Assembly (NCBI GenBank): GCA_963803435.1
Contig: CAWDML010000001.1
Coordinates: 2,816,001-2,880,000 of the forward strand
Length of the DNA: 64,000 bases
From: an uncultured delta proteobacterium
GTDB taxonomy: Bacteria > Myxococcota > Kuafuiibacteriia > Kuafuiibacteriales > Kuafuiibacteriaceae
Direction of reading: 5' to 3'
Shown here one piece after another: positions 7,961 to 17,918 of this stretch (positions are counted from its first letter, which is position 1; the number at the start of each line of letters is the position of its first letter). The notes below the pieces were generated by a model. The model had not been told where the DNA came from and did not search any database. It saw only the letters and a program-made list of their open reading frames with translations. The translations under genes and the position numbers were made by a program.

Positions 7961-9607
7961 TCAGCTCTTCTGCTTGCGCTTTCGCATCTCGATCAGCCTG
8001 AGCTCGGTGGCCGCCTCGGCGAGTCGCGGGTTGAAACGCACCGCTTCCTGGAAGTGTTGCGCGGCCTCGTCGATCTGTCCCTGCTCCCGCAACAGGCGGC
8101 CCAGGTAATAGTGGTAGCGGGCGCTCTTGCGCTGGGCGTCGGTGCCACGGACGATCGTCTTCTCGATCGCGTTCTCTAGCAACGGGCGGGCCCGGGCGAC
8201 CACCTCGCTGCGGTCGACCTCCGGATCCATGATCAGAGCCCAGGCCAGGTTGGCCTGGTAGTCCAGCACGTCCGCCTTGAGCTCCATGGCCGCCTGGAAC
8301 ATCTCTCGGGCCTGCCGGTAGTCGCCCTTGCGGACGAACACGATGCCCATCTCGTTCCGGGTCCGGGCCAGATCGGCGTCGGCGACCGGCGCGGCGTGCG
8401 GCTGATGTTCGGCGACGTATTCCCGGCGGCGCTGGCCGTCGCTGAGGATCCGGTAGGCGATGCCGAGGCGGCGGACGGTTTCGACCGCCATCGTCAGGAC
8501 CGACTGCGGGACGCGACCGCGGAGACGCTCCGGGTCGTAGCGGCGGGCCTTGTGAAGGTAGGCGCGCGAGATCTCCTGTGGGCTCGCGGACTCGCTGACG
8601 CCGATCAGCTGAAAGTGATCGAGCTCCTCGAGCTTCTTGTTGATCTCGAGCAGCTCGTTGAGCACCGAGCCCTGATCCTCCTCCGGTGCCTGGGGCGCCT
8701 GGTCCGCGGGGACGTCGGCGCGCTGGCCCTGCTGCCAGGCTTCCACCGCCTGCCGCAGCTCCGCGTTGAACGGGTCGAGCTCGAGGGCCTCGAGGCCGAA
8801 GCGAGCACACTCCTGAACGCGCCCGGCCTGCTCGAGAGCGAGGGCGCGCCGCGCGATCTCGCGCGCCTTACCGACCTTCTCGGGGAAGACCTCGCTCCAG
8901 ACCTGACGCAGGTGATCCATCGGCTCGCCGGCCGCTTCGCGCTCCTTCACCCGGGCCAGGCCGTGATGGAAGTCGTAGTGGAGGCGCCGGAGCGGGTTGG
9001 CGAAGAGCGCTGCCGTGCGCTCGAGCTGCCGGCACAGCTGAACCAGGCGCGCGGCCTTGGGCGGCGGGCAGTCCGAGGGCGGATGCGCGAAGCGATGGCA
9101 GAGCTCGGAGATCGCGGTCTGGATCTGCTCCGGGGTCGCGCCGGCCGGGACCTGGACAGCGCCGTAGAGATCGGACGCGGTGAGCGCCTTGGCGATGCGG
9201 CGGGCCTCCTCGAAGAGCACCTCCAGCGGCTCAGTGTCGGGCTCGACCGCCAGATCGCCGGTCAGTCGCTCGGCAAGACCGTCGACGTAACGCTCGATCC
9301 GAGTGCGGACCTCCTTGGAGAGATCGACGAACTGGACGCCGACTCCGGCGGGCTGATGGAACGCCTTCGCAGAGACCAGATCGACGATGTGCACCACCCG
9401 GCCGTTGAGCCGAACGCTACCATCGGGCGTGGCGAGCCGGATCTGGAGCGCGGCACCCATCGCCGGCGGCGCGTCGGTCTGGATGAACATGCCGCCCTTC
9501 GAGATGTCGACGGTCCAGAGCTGGTGCAGCTCTGCGCGATCGGAGATCTCCACCTCGACCTTCTGCTGATCAACAAAACGTGGGTGCTTTCTGAGATGTG
9601 CGTCCAC
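7961..9607 (-). CDS. PilZ domain + two J-like domains + TPR protein
   Basis: RKHPR and DISKGG PilZ motifs, DHFQLIGVSESAS.QEISRAY J-like segment, C-terminal TPRs. Confidence 0.8.
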   Translation of the reverse strand: MDAHLRKHPRFVDQQKVEVEISDRAELHQLWTVDISKGGMFIQTDAPPAMGAALQIRLATPDGSVRLNGRVVHIVDLVSAKAFHQPAGVGVQFVDLSKEVRTRIERYVDGLAERLTGDLAVEPDTEPLEVLFEEARRIAKALTASDLYGAVQVPAGATPEQIQTAISELCHRFAHPPSDCPPPKAARLVQLCRQLERTAALFANPLRRLHYDFHHGLARVKEREAAGEPMDHLRQVWSEVFPEKVGKAREIARRALALEQAGRVQECARFGLEALELDPFNAELRQAVEAWQQGQRADVPADQAPQAPEEDQGSVLNELLEINKKLEELDHFQLIGVSESASPQEISRAYLHKARRYDPERLRGRVPQSVLTMAVETVRRLGIAYRILSDGQRRREYVAEHQPHAAPVADADLARTRNEMGIVFVRKGDYRQAREMFQAAMELKADVLDYQANLAWALIMDPEVDRSEVVARARPLLENAIEKTIVRGTDAQRKSARYHYYLGRLLREQGQIDEAAQHFQEAVRFNPRLAEAATELRLIEMRKRKQKS

Positions 9608-9720
9608 CGTCTGCGGCCCAGTCTAGTACATGAAGAGGATCTTCGCGTAGACGAGGAACAGCGGTCCTATGCCGAATTGGGTCTCAAAGTAGTCGCGCCT
9701 CCGCGCGCAGGCGTACTCCC

Positions 9721-10242
9721 TCAAGGGTCGTCGAGGAGACGATCGAGATGCGCGGCGAGCTCGTCGATCGTCGAAAGCCGGTAGCCGACCTGGCGCCAAA
9801 CGACGGTTCCGCCGGGATCGATCAGATCGAGCTGAGGGAGCGCGTTCACCTGATAGCGGCGGCTGAGGTCACCGTCCTCGTCGGCGATCAGCGGCGAGGA
9901 GATGCCGAGCTGCTGCGTCGCAATGAGCCGCATCGCGTCGACACCCTCGGGATCCCGATCGACCGACACGAAGACGACCAGGAGGCCGCGCGCTCGATAC
10001 GCCTCCGCCAGATCTCGGAGCATCGGCCACTCGAGCATGCACGGTCCGCAGTAGGAGGCGCCAAACGACAGGAGCACAGCGCCGTGTGCGGCGATCGCCT
10101 CGTCGAGATCCACGGTCTCCGTCTGGCTCCACTCGCGATTGAGGGTGGAGAGGCTGAATCGCGGGGCCTGTGCGCCGACGCGGGCCTGATCCGGGCCGTG
10201 CGTACACGCGCACGCCAGCATCAAGGGGACGGCCCGGACCAT
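9721..10242 (-). CDS. TlpA/ResA-type thioredoxin-like protein
   Basis: APRFSL, FGASYCGPC (CxxC), LP..LID..G motifs. Confidence 0.85.
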   Translation of the reverse strand: MVRAVPLMLACACTHGPDQARVGAQAPRFSLSTLNREWSQTETVDLDEAIAAHGAVLLSFGASYCGPCMLEWPMLRDLAEAYRARGLLVVFVSVDRDPEGVDAMRLIATQQLGISSPLIADEDGDLSRRYQVNALPQLDLIDPGGTVVWRQVGYRLSTIDELAAHLDRLLDDP

Positions 10243-10314
10243 CCGGTGAAACTATCACCGAACAGCTCCCTTGACTCTTGCGACGCCGGGGCGGTCAGAG
10301 AGAGGCGACAGCTC

Positions 10315-11619
10315 ATGAAACGCTGCTGGTCCTGGTTTCTGCTGATCGTGTCGCTCGTTCCCTCCCTCGCGCGCGCAGAAGAGACGCTGACGATCGACCG
10401 CGCGATCGCGCTGGCGCTGGATCGCAACGAGCGGACGAAGATCGCGGATCGACAGGAGGACGCAGCGGAGGCCCGGGTCGATCGCGCCGTCTCCTTCTTC
10501 ATTCCGGACCTCGACGCCTCGGCGAGCTACACGCGCCGGGCGTTCGAGACCGTGCGCGACTTCAACGGCGAGAGCGTCGTCCTTCAGAGCAAGAACTCGC
10601 TCCGCGCCAGCGCCGCGCTCGACCTGACGCTCTTCGACGGCCGCGGCTTCCCGCTCTACCGGAGCGCGAAGCTGGACCGCGAGGCGGTGCGGGCGAGCGC
10701 GAAGGACCAGCGGCGTCGTCTCGCGTTCGACGTGGCGACGGCCTTCCTGAGCTCGCTGGCCGCGGGCGACGTAGTGCGTGCGGCCGAGCGCCGCCGTGAG
10801 TTCGCCCGCACCACCTTGCGGGACGCCGAGGCGCGGTACCGGGCGGAGATGGCGCGCGGCAGCGACGTCACGCGAGCGCAGATCGAGCTCGCGAACGCGG
10901 AGATCACGCTGTCGCACGCGCGGAGCGATCAGGAGACCGCGTATCTGCGGCTCGGGTTCCTGATCGGCGGCCCGATCGGCGGCCCGCTGGCGGAGCCCGC
11001 CGATCTGCTCGCGTCCGCGCGGACCTCGTCCGTGGCGGCGGCGCCGCTGGTGGAGGAGGCCGAGGGATCGCGGCTCGACCTGGCCGCGCTGCGGTTCGAG
11101 GCCGACTCGCTGTTCGCCTTCGCCGCGGAGCCGCTCTGGCGGATGGTGCCCAAGCTGGCGCTGCACTCCGAGATCTTCGCCGGCAACGAGGCCGGCTTCA
11201 GCGGCCACAGCGTCGACGGCTTCGCCGGGCTGACGCTCTCCTGGAACGTGTACGACGGCGGCGAGCGCTACGCCGATCGATCGGAGCGCACCGCGGCGGC
11301 GACGATCGCGGAGCTCCAGGCCGATCAGCTGCGGCGGCAGACGAGCCTCCAGATCGAGGAGGCGCTGGCCGCGCTCCGGACGGCGCGCCAGGCCGTCATC
11401 CACGCGCAGAACGCCGCCGAGCAGGCGACCGCCCACGCCGAGCAGATCTCGGCGCTGTATCGTCAGGGGCTGGCCACCTCGCTCGAGGCGAGCGACGCCA
11501 GCGTTCTCCGCTTCGAATCCGAGATCAATCTCGCGCGCGAGCGCTATGGGCTGGCGGAGGCGCTGCTCGATCTGCGGCTGGCGCTCGGCGTCGACCCGCT
11601 CGGTCATGAGGTGAGCTGA
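10315..11619 (+). CDS. TolC family outer membrane efflux protein
   Basis: Signal peptide MKRCWSWFLLIV..ARA, LTIDRAIALAL, two OEP-like halves. Upstream of MFP and RND genes. Confidence 0.9.
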   Translation: MKRCWSWFLLIVSLVPSLARAEETLTIDRAIALALDRNERTKIADRQEDAAEARVDRAVSFFIPDLDASASYTRRAFETVRDFNGESVVLQSKNSLRASAALDLTLFDGRGFPLYRSAKLDREAVRASAKDQRRRLAFDVATAFLSSLAAGDVVRAAERRREFARTTLRDAEARYRAEMARGSDVTRAQIELANAEITLSHARSDQETAYLRLGFLIGGPIGGPLAEPADLLASARTSSVAAAPLVEEAEGSRLDLAALRFEADSLFAFAAEPLWRMVPKLALHSEIFAGNEAGFSGHSVDGFAGLTLSWNVYDGGERYADRSERTAAATIAELQADQLRRQTSLQIEEALAALRTARQAVIHAQNAAEQATAHAEQISALYRQGLATSLEASDASVLRFESEINLARERYGLAEALLDLRLALGVDPLGHEVS

Positions 11620-12737
11620 TGAGGAGGAACCATCTCTCGCTGCTGCTGCTGCTGCTGCTGATCGCGTGCAGCAGAGAGAGCACCTCGAAGGCGGACGGAA
11701 AGCGGCCGCACGTGATGGAATACCCGGTGGAGACGCGGCCGGTCGCGTCGCGCGCCGTCGAGTTCGAGGTGAACGCCGTGGGTTCGGTGGCGGCGTTCGA
11801 GCGCGTGCGCGTGACCGCCCGCGTCGCCGGCGTCGTCGAGAAGGTCCGATTTCGCGAGGGCGACGTGGCGAAGGATGGGCAGGTGCTGGTCGAGATCGAG
11901 CCGGCGCGGTTCGCCACCGCTGTCGACGCCGCCAAGGCCACCCTCGAGCGTGCGGAGGCCGGCGAGGCCGAGGCGAAGGCCGGGCTGGCGCGGAGACAGC
12001 AGGCGCTCGAGGCCAGCCCGGGGCTGATCACGGGCGAGGAGCTGGAGACCTGGAAGACCAAGATGGCGGTGGCGGGCGCAGAGGCGGCCCAGGCGCGCGC
12101 GGCGCTGGAGCAGGCGCAACTGAACTTGCATGATGCGTATCTGCGCGCGCCGATCGCCGGCTCGATCCAGACGCGGACGGTGGAGACCGGACAATATCTG
12201 ACCCCGGGGGACGTGGTCGGCACGCTGGTGCGTCGCGAGCCCTTGCTGCTCAGGTTTCAGCTCCCCGAGGCCGACGCGCACCGGATCTCGCGCGGCATGA
12301 CGGCACGCTTCCGGGTGGCGACGGATCAGGTCGAGCACTCGGCCAAGATCACGCACATCGCCGACGTCGCCGACTCGAGCACGCGCATGGTGGCCGCCAC
12401 CGCCGAGGTCTCGGGCGCGAACGACGCGCTGCGGCCAGGCGCTTTCGCCAACGTGACCATCACCGTCGGAGAGCAGAAGGCCGCCGTGCTGGTCCCCGAG
12501 TCCGCGATCCGGCCCAGCGAGAAGGGCTTCCTCTGCTTCGTGGTCGAGGACGGCAAGGCCGCCGAGCGCGTCGTCGAGCTCGGCATGCGCACGGGCGACG
12601 GTCTGGTGGAGGCTCGAAACGGGATCGACGCCGGCGAGCAGCTGGTCGTCCGCGGGGTCGAGCCGCTGAAGGACGGGGCTGTCGTCCGCGTGGTCTCAGA
12701 GCTCAAGTCCGGCGCGGGACAGGGCACCACGCCATGA
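11619..12737 (+). CDS. RND efflux periplasmic adaptor (lipoprotein)
   Basis: Lipobox LIAC, ARVAGVVEKV.F.EGD, LRAPIAG, LRPGAF motifs. Confidence 0.92.
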   Translation: MRRNHLSLLLLLLLIACSRESTSKADGKRPHVMEYPVETRPVASRAVEFEVNAVGSVAAFERVRVTARVAGVVEKVRFREGDVAKDGQVLVEIEPARFATAVDAAKATLERAEAGEAEAKAGLARRQQALEASPGLITGEELETWKTKMAVAGAEAAQARAALEQAQLNLHDAYLRAPIAGSIQTRTVETGQYLTPGDVVGTLVRREPLLLRFQLPEADAHRISRGMTARFRVATDQVEHSAKITHIADVADSSTRMVAATAEVSGANDALRPGAFANVTITVGEQKAAVLVPESAIRPSEKGFLCFVVEDGKAAERVVELGMRTGDGLVEARNGIDAGEQLVVRGVEPLKDGAVVRVVSELKSGAGQGTTP

Positions 12738-15700
12738 AGCTGACCGACGCTTGCATCGACAAGCCGGTGTTCGCGTGGATGATCATGCTGGCGACGCTGG
12801 TCTTCGGCGGCGTGGCGGCGTCGCGGATCGGGATCAGCCAGTTCCCCGACGTCGACTTCCCCACGATCAGCGTCCAGATCAACTGGGAGGGTGCAGCGCC
12901 CGAGGCCGTCGAGCACGACGTGGTCGAGATCGCCGAGGAGGCGATCATCCAGGTGGAGGGCGTCCGCTCGATCTCGAGCACGTCCCGCCAGGGCGGCGCC
13001 ACCATCACCGTGGAGCTCGACGTCTCCCGCGACGTCGATGTGGCGCTGCAGGAGGTTCAGACCAAGCTCGCAGGCGCGCAGATGCGGCTCCCGAAGGATC
13101 TCGATCCTCCGATCGTCTCCAAGTCCAACCCCGAGGATCAGCCGATCATGTGGATCGGGCTCTCCGGGCCGTACTCGCCCCAGGTCCTGTCCGACTATGT
13201 CCGCTATCGCCTCAAGGAGAAGCTGCAGACGATCAAAGGCGTCGGCGAGATCATCCTGGGCGGATCGCTCGAGCGGAACGTCCGCATCTGGGTCGACGCC
13301 GACAAGCTGGACGCGCAGGGCCTCACCGTCACCGATGTGCTGGCGGCCCTGCAGCGCGAGCACGTCGAGATGCCGGCCGGCCGGCTCGAGGCCTTCGGGC
13401 GCGAGGTGAACGTCCGCGTCATGGGCGAAGCGCTCGACCTCGATCAGCTGCGCAACATCATCATCGAGCAGCGGAACGGCGCTCCGGTGCACCTGCAGGA
13501 CGTCGCGCTGGTGGAGGACGGTTTCGAGGACATGCGCCGGCTGTCGCGCGTGGGCGGCCAGACGGCGCAGGGCCTGGGTATCCGGAAGCAGCGCGGGGCC
13601 AACGCGGTGGCGGTGGCGCGGGCGGTCCGGGCGGAGCTCGACGCCGTGCGGCCGTCGCTCCCCGAGGGGATGGATCTGGGGATCAACTTCGACTCGACCC
13701 AGTTCATCGAGGAGTCGGTGGACGAGATGGAGTTCGAGCTGGTGCTGGCGGTCCTGCTGACCGCGCTGGTGTGCTGGATCTTCCTGGGCTCGCTCTCGAG
13801 CACGCTCAACGTCGTGCTGGCGATACCCATGTCGCTGCTCGGGACCATCGGCGCGATCTACTTCTTCGGCTTCACGCTCAACACGTTCACGCTGCTGGGG
13901 CTGGCGCTGGCGGTGGGCATCGTCGTCGACGACGCCATCATGGTGATGGAGAACATTTCGCGCCACTCGGAGATGGGGAAGAGCCGGGTCCGCGCGGCGC
14001 GCGAGGGGACCGCAGAGATCACGTTCGCGGCGCTCGCCGCCACCAGCGCGGTGATCGCGATCTTCGCACCGGTGATCTTCATGGAAGGGATCATCGGCGC
14101 GTTCTTCCTCCAGTTCGGCGTCACGCTGTCGATCGCAGTGCTCCTCTCGTATCTCGAGGCGATGACGCTGGCCCCGTCGCGCTCGGCGCAGCTGCTCCGC
14201 GCACACGGCGAACGCGAGACCGCCCTGGGCCGTGCGGTCGACCGGGCCTTCAAGAGCCTGGCGGCCCGCTACGAGTGGATGCTCGAGCGCGGACTCCGCC
14301 ATCCGGTGCTGGTGCTGGCCGGCGCGATCGGGCTGTTCGCGGCGACGTTCGGCGTCTTCCGAGTGCTCCCGACGGAGTTCGCGCCCTCGCAGGATCAGAG
14401 CCGCTTGATGCTGCGGCTGCAGACCGCGGTCGGGTCGAGCCTCGACGAGACCGACACGCTGTTCAAGCGTGCGGAGGCCATCGTCAACAGCAAACCCGAG
14501 CTCGATCGCGCGTTCGTGGTGGTCGGCGGCTTCCGCGGGGACGGCGTCAACTCCGGTATCATGTTCCTCACCCTGGTCCCGCCGCGGGAGCGCAAGCTCA
14601 CGCAGAACGAGTTCGGCGCGGTGCTGCGAAAGGAGCTGAACTCGATCCCGGGGTTGCGCGTGGTCGTCCAGGATCTCTCGCAGACCGGCTTCACCGCACA
14701 GCGCGGCTTCCCGGTGGAGCTGTCCGTGCGCGGTCCGGACTGGGATCAGCTGGTCGCGATCTCCAGCGACCTGCGCAGGAAGCTCACCGAGAGCGGCGCG
14801 GTGGTCGATCTCGACACGGACTATCAGGTCGGCATGCCCGAGCTGCAGATCGTGCCGGATCGCGCGCACGCCGCCGACCTCGGGGTCTCGGTGGTGGACA
14901 TCGCGAGCTCGATCAACGCGCTGATCGGCGGGATCCGGGTCGGGAAGTACTCGACCGGAGGTCGGCGCGTGGACGTTCGGCTGCGGTTGCTGTCCGAGCA
15001 GCGTTCGCGACCGGAGGACCTCGATCGCCTCTACGTGCGGAACTCGGCCAAGCAGCTGATCCCGCTCTCGACGCTGGTGACCCGGAAGGAGCGCCCGGTG
15101 TTGCAGACCATCACGAGGCGCGATCGCGAGCGCGCGATCGGCGTCTTCGGGAACGTGGCTGCGGGTCACTCGCAGGGCGAGGTGCTCGAGATGGTCGAGA
15201 AGCTCTCGCGCGATCTCCCGCCCGGCTACCACGTGGTCCCGGGCGGTGCGAGCGTCGCGTTCAAGGAGTCGATGACCGGCCTGATCTTCGCGCTGTTCCT
15301 CGGGATCGGCGTGGCGTACATGGTGCTCGCCTCACAGTTCAACTCGTTCCTGCACCCGCTCGCGGTGCTCTCGATCCTCCCGCTCGCGTTCGCCGGCGCT
15401 GCGTTCGGGCTGTGGTCGACCGGCGCGACGGTGAACATCTTCAGCATGATCGGCATCCTGCTGTTGATGGGGATCGTGAAGAAGAACTCGATCATCCTGG
15501 TCGACTACGCCAACATCATGCGCCGCGAAGGGCACGATCCGGTGGCCGCGATGCGCCTCGCGGGCCCCCGCCGGTTGCGTCCGATCCTGATGACCTCGGT
15601 GACCACGATGATGTCGGCGGTGCCCGCCGCGCTGGCGCTCGGTCCCGGTTCAGAGACCCGCGGGCCGATGGCGGCCGCCGTGCTGGGCGGGTTGATCGTG

Positions 15701-15814
15701 TCGACCGGCCTGAGCCTGCTGGTGGTGCCGGCGTTCTACGTGCTCCTGGAGCGGATCAAGGCGGCGCTCGGGTTCGGCGCCGTCGAGCCCGAGCACCAGC
15801 ACGATCTCGCGTAG
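12734..15814 (+). CDS. RND efflux permease (AcrB/MdtB-like)
   Basis: 1026 aa. FPDVDFP, GIVVDDAIMVMEN, GIVKKNSIILVDY, RLRPILMT. Confidence 0.95.
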   Translation: MKLTDACIDKPVFAWMIMLATLVFGGVAASRIGISQFPDVDFPTISVQINWEGAAPEAVEHDVVEIAEEAIIQVEGVRSISSTSRQGGATITVELDVSRDVDVALQEVQTKLAGAQMRLPKDLDPPIVSKSNPEDQPIMWIGLSGPYSPQVLSDYVRYRLKEKLQTIKGVGEIILGGSLERNVRIWVDADKLDAQGLTVTDVLAALQREHVEMPAGRLEAFGREVNVRVMGEALDLDQLRNIIIEQRNGAPVHLQDVALVEDGFEDMRRLSRVGGQTAQGLGIRKQRGANAVAVARAVRAELDAVRPSLPEGMDLGINFDSTQFIEESVDEMEFELVLAVLLTALVCWIFLGSLSSTLNVVLAIPMSLLGTIGAIYFFGFTLNTFTLLGLALAVGIVVDDAIMVMENISRHSEMGKSRVRAAREGTAEITFAALAATSAVIAIFAPVIFMEGIIGAFFLQFGVTLSIAVLLSYLEAMTLAPSRSAQLLRAHGERETALGRAVDRAFKSLAARYEWMLERGLRHPVLVLAGAIGLFAATFGVFRVLPTEFAPSQDQSRLMLRLQTAVGSSLDETDTLFKRAEAIVNSKPELDRAFVVVGGFRGDGVNSGIMFLTLVPPRERKLTQNEFGAVLRKELNSIPGLRVVVQDLSQTGFTAQRGFPVELSVRGPDWDQLVAISSDLRRKLTESGAVVDLDTDYQVGMPELQIVPDRAHAADLGVSVVDIASSINALIGGIRVGKYSTGGRRVDVRLRLLSEQRSRPEDLDRLYVRNSAKQLIPLSTLVTRKERPVLQTITRRDRERAIGVFGNVAAGHSQGEVLEMVEKLSRDLPPGYHVVPGGASVAFKESMTGLIFALFLGIGVAYMVLASQFNSFLHPLAVLSILPLAFAGAAFGLWSTGATVNIFSMIGILLLMGIVKKNSIILVDYANIMRREGHDPVAAMRLAGPRRLRPILMTSVTTMMSAVPAALALGPGSETRGPMAAAVLGGLIVSTGLSLLVVPAFYVLLERIKAALGFGAVEPEHQHDLA

Positions 15815-15895
15815 CCGCTGCCTTTCGACCTGCGGGACCTGCGCTTCGGCGGGCCTGCCCTCGGCGGGACGGCCGTTATTCCGCCGAGCGGCGCT

Positions 15896-15911
15896 CGGCA
15901 TGACGGTTGCT
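15896..15911 (+). promoter_or_regulatory. sigma54 (-24/-12) promoter
   Basis: CGGCATG-ACGG-TTGCT matches TGGCACG-N4-TTGCW with exact GG-N10-GC spacing, 33 bp upstream of ATG 15944. Confidence 0.65.
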
Positions 15912-15943
15912 TCATGCGGGCGCCGGGGAGGGATGCTCTTAAA

Positions 15944-16207
15944 ATGCGCCAGATCTGGGTCCTCTTGGTCCTGTGCGGGCTCCTGCCCGTCCTCGGCTGT
16001 CCGAATCAGGTCGTGCCTCCCCCGGATGACCCCCCACCGCCCAAGGGATCAGGCGTCCTGATCCAGGAGGCCAACCTGGCGCCCGCCACCGAGCGCGCCG
16101 AGGCCGGCCGCTACGTCATGCACGGGCATCTCAAGGCAAGCAGCGGTGAGCTGACGAAGAACGGATCTCACCAGATTCGCGGCGGCCTCGTGCCGCTCGC
16201 TCGATGA
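15944..16207 (+). CDS. Small putative lipoprotein
   Basis: [19 protein letters not shown] lipobox, Pro-rich linker, GGAGG upstream. Confidence 0.6.
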   Translation: MRQIWVLLVLCGLLPVLGCPNQVVPPPDDPPPPKGSGVLIQEANLAPATERAEAGRYVMHGHLKASSGELTKNGSHQIRGGLVPLAR

Positions 16208-16226
16208 GCTCGAGAGGGAGCACACC

Positions 16227-17906
16227 ATGAAGAGAGAGAGACTGGCGGCGGCCCTCGCGGTCGCGATCCTGGCGTCGGCACCGGCCGCGGCGAGCGCCGT
16301 CGAGCTGCCGTTCGAGGCCTTCCTCACCGACACGGACGACATGCCGATCAACGCGATGTTCGAGCTCGAGGAGCGGATCTACGACGAAGGCGGAACCGTC
16401 GTCTTCGAGGAGCGGCAGACGGTGATGGTCACCGCCGGCTACCTCTACCTCGACGTGGGGGCGGCAGCGGAGCTGGCTCCGTCCGTCTTCTCGATGGCGC
16501 GAGGAGAGCTCACGCTCGGGCTCACGATCGCGGGCGAGGACGAGTTCACGCCTCGGTTCCGGATCGGCATGGTGCCGTACGCGGTGCACGCGCTGACCAC
16601 TGACCAGGCAGGGCTCGAAGGCCCGCCCGGCGCCGACGGGCCCCCCGGCCTCGACGGCGTCTCGGTTACCTCGGAAGCGCTGCCGGTCGGTGATGCGAGC
16701 TGCCCGAATGGCGGCGTCGCGCTGACCTCGGCGAGCGGTGTCAACTACGCTTGCAATGGGCTCGACGGGAGCGCGTCGATCCACGTGACCTCGTTGCCGG
16801 TCGGTGATGCGAGCTGTCCGAACGGCGGCGTGCAGATCAACGCGTCGAACACGGTCAACTACGCGTGCAACGGGGACGTGGGGCCCACGGGCGTCGAGGG
16901 CGCCGTCGGACCCGCCGGGCCGGTCGGACCCACCGGACAGACCGGCGCAATCGGACCTGCCGGACCTGCCGGGCCTGCCGGACCCACGGGCGCGACCGGC
17001 GCGGTCGGACCCATCGGTCCTGGCGGACCTGCCGGGCCCGCGGGCGTGGTCGGACCCATCGGACCTGCCGGGCCTGCCGGACCCACGGGCGCGACCGGCC
17101 CCATCGGACAGGCCGGACCTGCCGGACCCACTGGACAGACCGGCGCCGTCGGACCTGCGGGGGCGGTCGGACCCATCGGCCCCGCCGGCGCGACCGGACC
17201 CGCCGGGGCGGTCGGACCCGCGGGACCTCAAGGCCCGCGCGGCCTGGTCGGACCCGCGGGACCCGCCGGCCCTCCCGCGATGGCCGGAACGCGGACGATG
17301 CAGTCGTGCGTCCTCAACGGGACGCAGGTGAGCTGCACGGGTCCGTGCACGTTCAACCAGAATAACGGGGACGTGACGTGCGGAAGCACCACGAACGCGA
17401 ACTGCCAGGGCGTCAACCTCGGCAACGGCCGATTCTGCTCCCTGAGCACGAACGACGCCTGCTACCTGTCGTGCATCGATAGCGCCAAGGGGGGTTGGGC
17501 GTTCGCCGAGTCGACGACGGGCGCCCGCCTGATCCCCATCCCGAACCAGGGCACGACCGGCCGCCTGTACGCCCAGCTGTCTCACCCGATCGTCGTCTGT
17601 CCGTACCGCCAGACGCCCTTCAAGCTCAACCTGGCGTTCTACGCCTATAACGGCGCCACGCTGCAGCCGATCTACTCCACCTCGTTCCTCACCAACGGCG
17701 GCGATCAAGGCCTCGCCCAGAGCTTCGTGAACAATGCGCCGCCGCTCGCCGGCGAGGCCGTGGTGACGCCGGGCGGCGCGTACAGCCTCTGGGTCTTCGT
17801 GAGCATCACCAGCACGGATCAGACGATCAACTGCTGGCTGGCGCGCCCCGCGAACGCGGCCAACGGCACGTTCCTCCGCTACACGCCCGCCGACACCGGC
17901 CTGTGA
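16227..17906 (+). CDS. Secreted collagen-like protein
   Basis: Signal peptide, two [12 protein letters not shown]...VNYACNG repeats, 45 consecutive Gly-X-Y triplets, Cys-rich segment and globular C-terminus. Confidence 0.9.
   Translation: MKRERLAAALAVAILASAPAAASAVELPFEAFLTDTDDMPINAMFELEERIYDEGGTVVFEERQTVMVTAGYLYLDVGAAAELAPSVFSMARGELTLGLTIAGEDEFTPRFRIGMVPYAVHALTTDQAGLEGPPGADGPPGLDGVSVTSEALPVGDASCPNGGVALTSASGVNYACNGLDGSASIHVTSLPVGDASCPNGGVQINASNTVNYACNGDVGPTGVEGAVGPAGPVGPTGQTGAIGPAGPAGPAGPTGATGAVGPIGPGGPAGPAGVVGPIGPAGPAGPTGATGPIGQAGPAGPTGQTGAVGPAGAVGPIGPAGATGPAGAVGPAGPQGPRGLVGPAGPAGPPAMAGTRTMQSCVLNGTQVSCTGPCTFNQNNGDVTCGSTTNANCQGVNLGNGRFCSLSTNDACYLSCIDSAKGGWAFAESTTGARLIPIPNQGTTGRLYAQLSHPIVVCPYRQTPFKLNLAFYAYNGATLQPIYSTSFLTNGGDQGLAQSFVNNAPPLAGEAVVTPGGAYSLWVFVSITSTDQTINCWLARPANAANGTFLRYTPADTGL
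16872..17276 (+). repeat. 9-bp-period collagen (Gly-X-Y)45 coding repeat
   Basis: GGACC(C/T)GCC-type units, counted from GDV to GPP. Confidence 0.9.
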
Positions 17907-17918
17907 GCGAGGCGCGGC

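Noticed and set aside
15883-15899. Hairpin GCCGAGCG-G-CGCTCGGC after the RND gene as a terminator
   Set aside because: No U-tract, and GC-only stems of this size arise by chance. It also overlaps the sigma54 site.
12326-15903. Very long overlapping ORFs (968 aa antisense, 1050 aa alternate frame) and many similar ones in the window
   Set aside because: Expected shadows of high-GC codon bias. They are Arg/Gly/Ala-rich or antisense-in-register with no motifs.
16872-17276. Repetitive DNA as a possible CRISPR or VNTR array
   Set aside because: 9-bp periodicity is fully explained by Gly-X-Y coding, and there are no unique spacers or cas genes.
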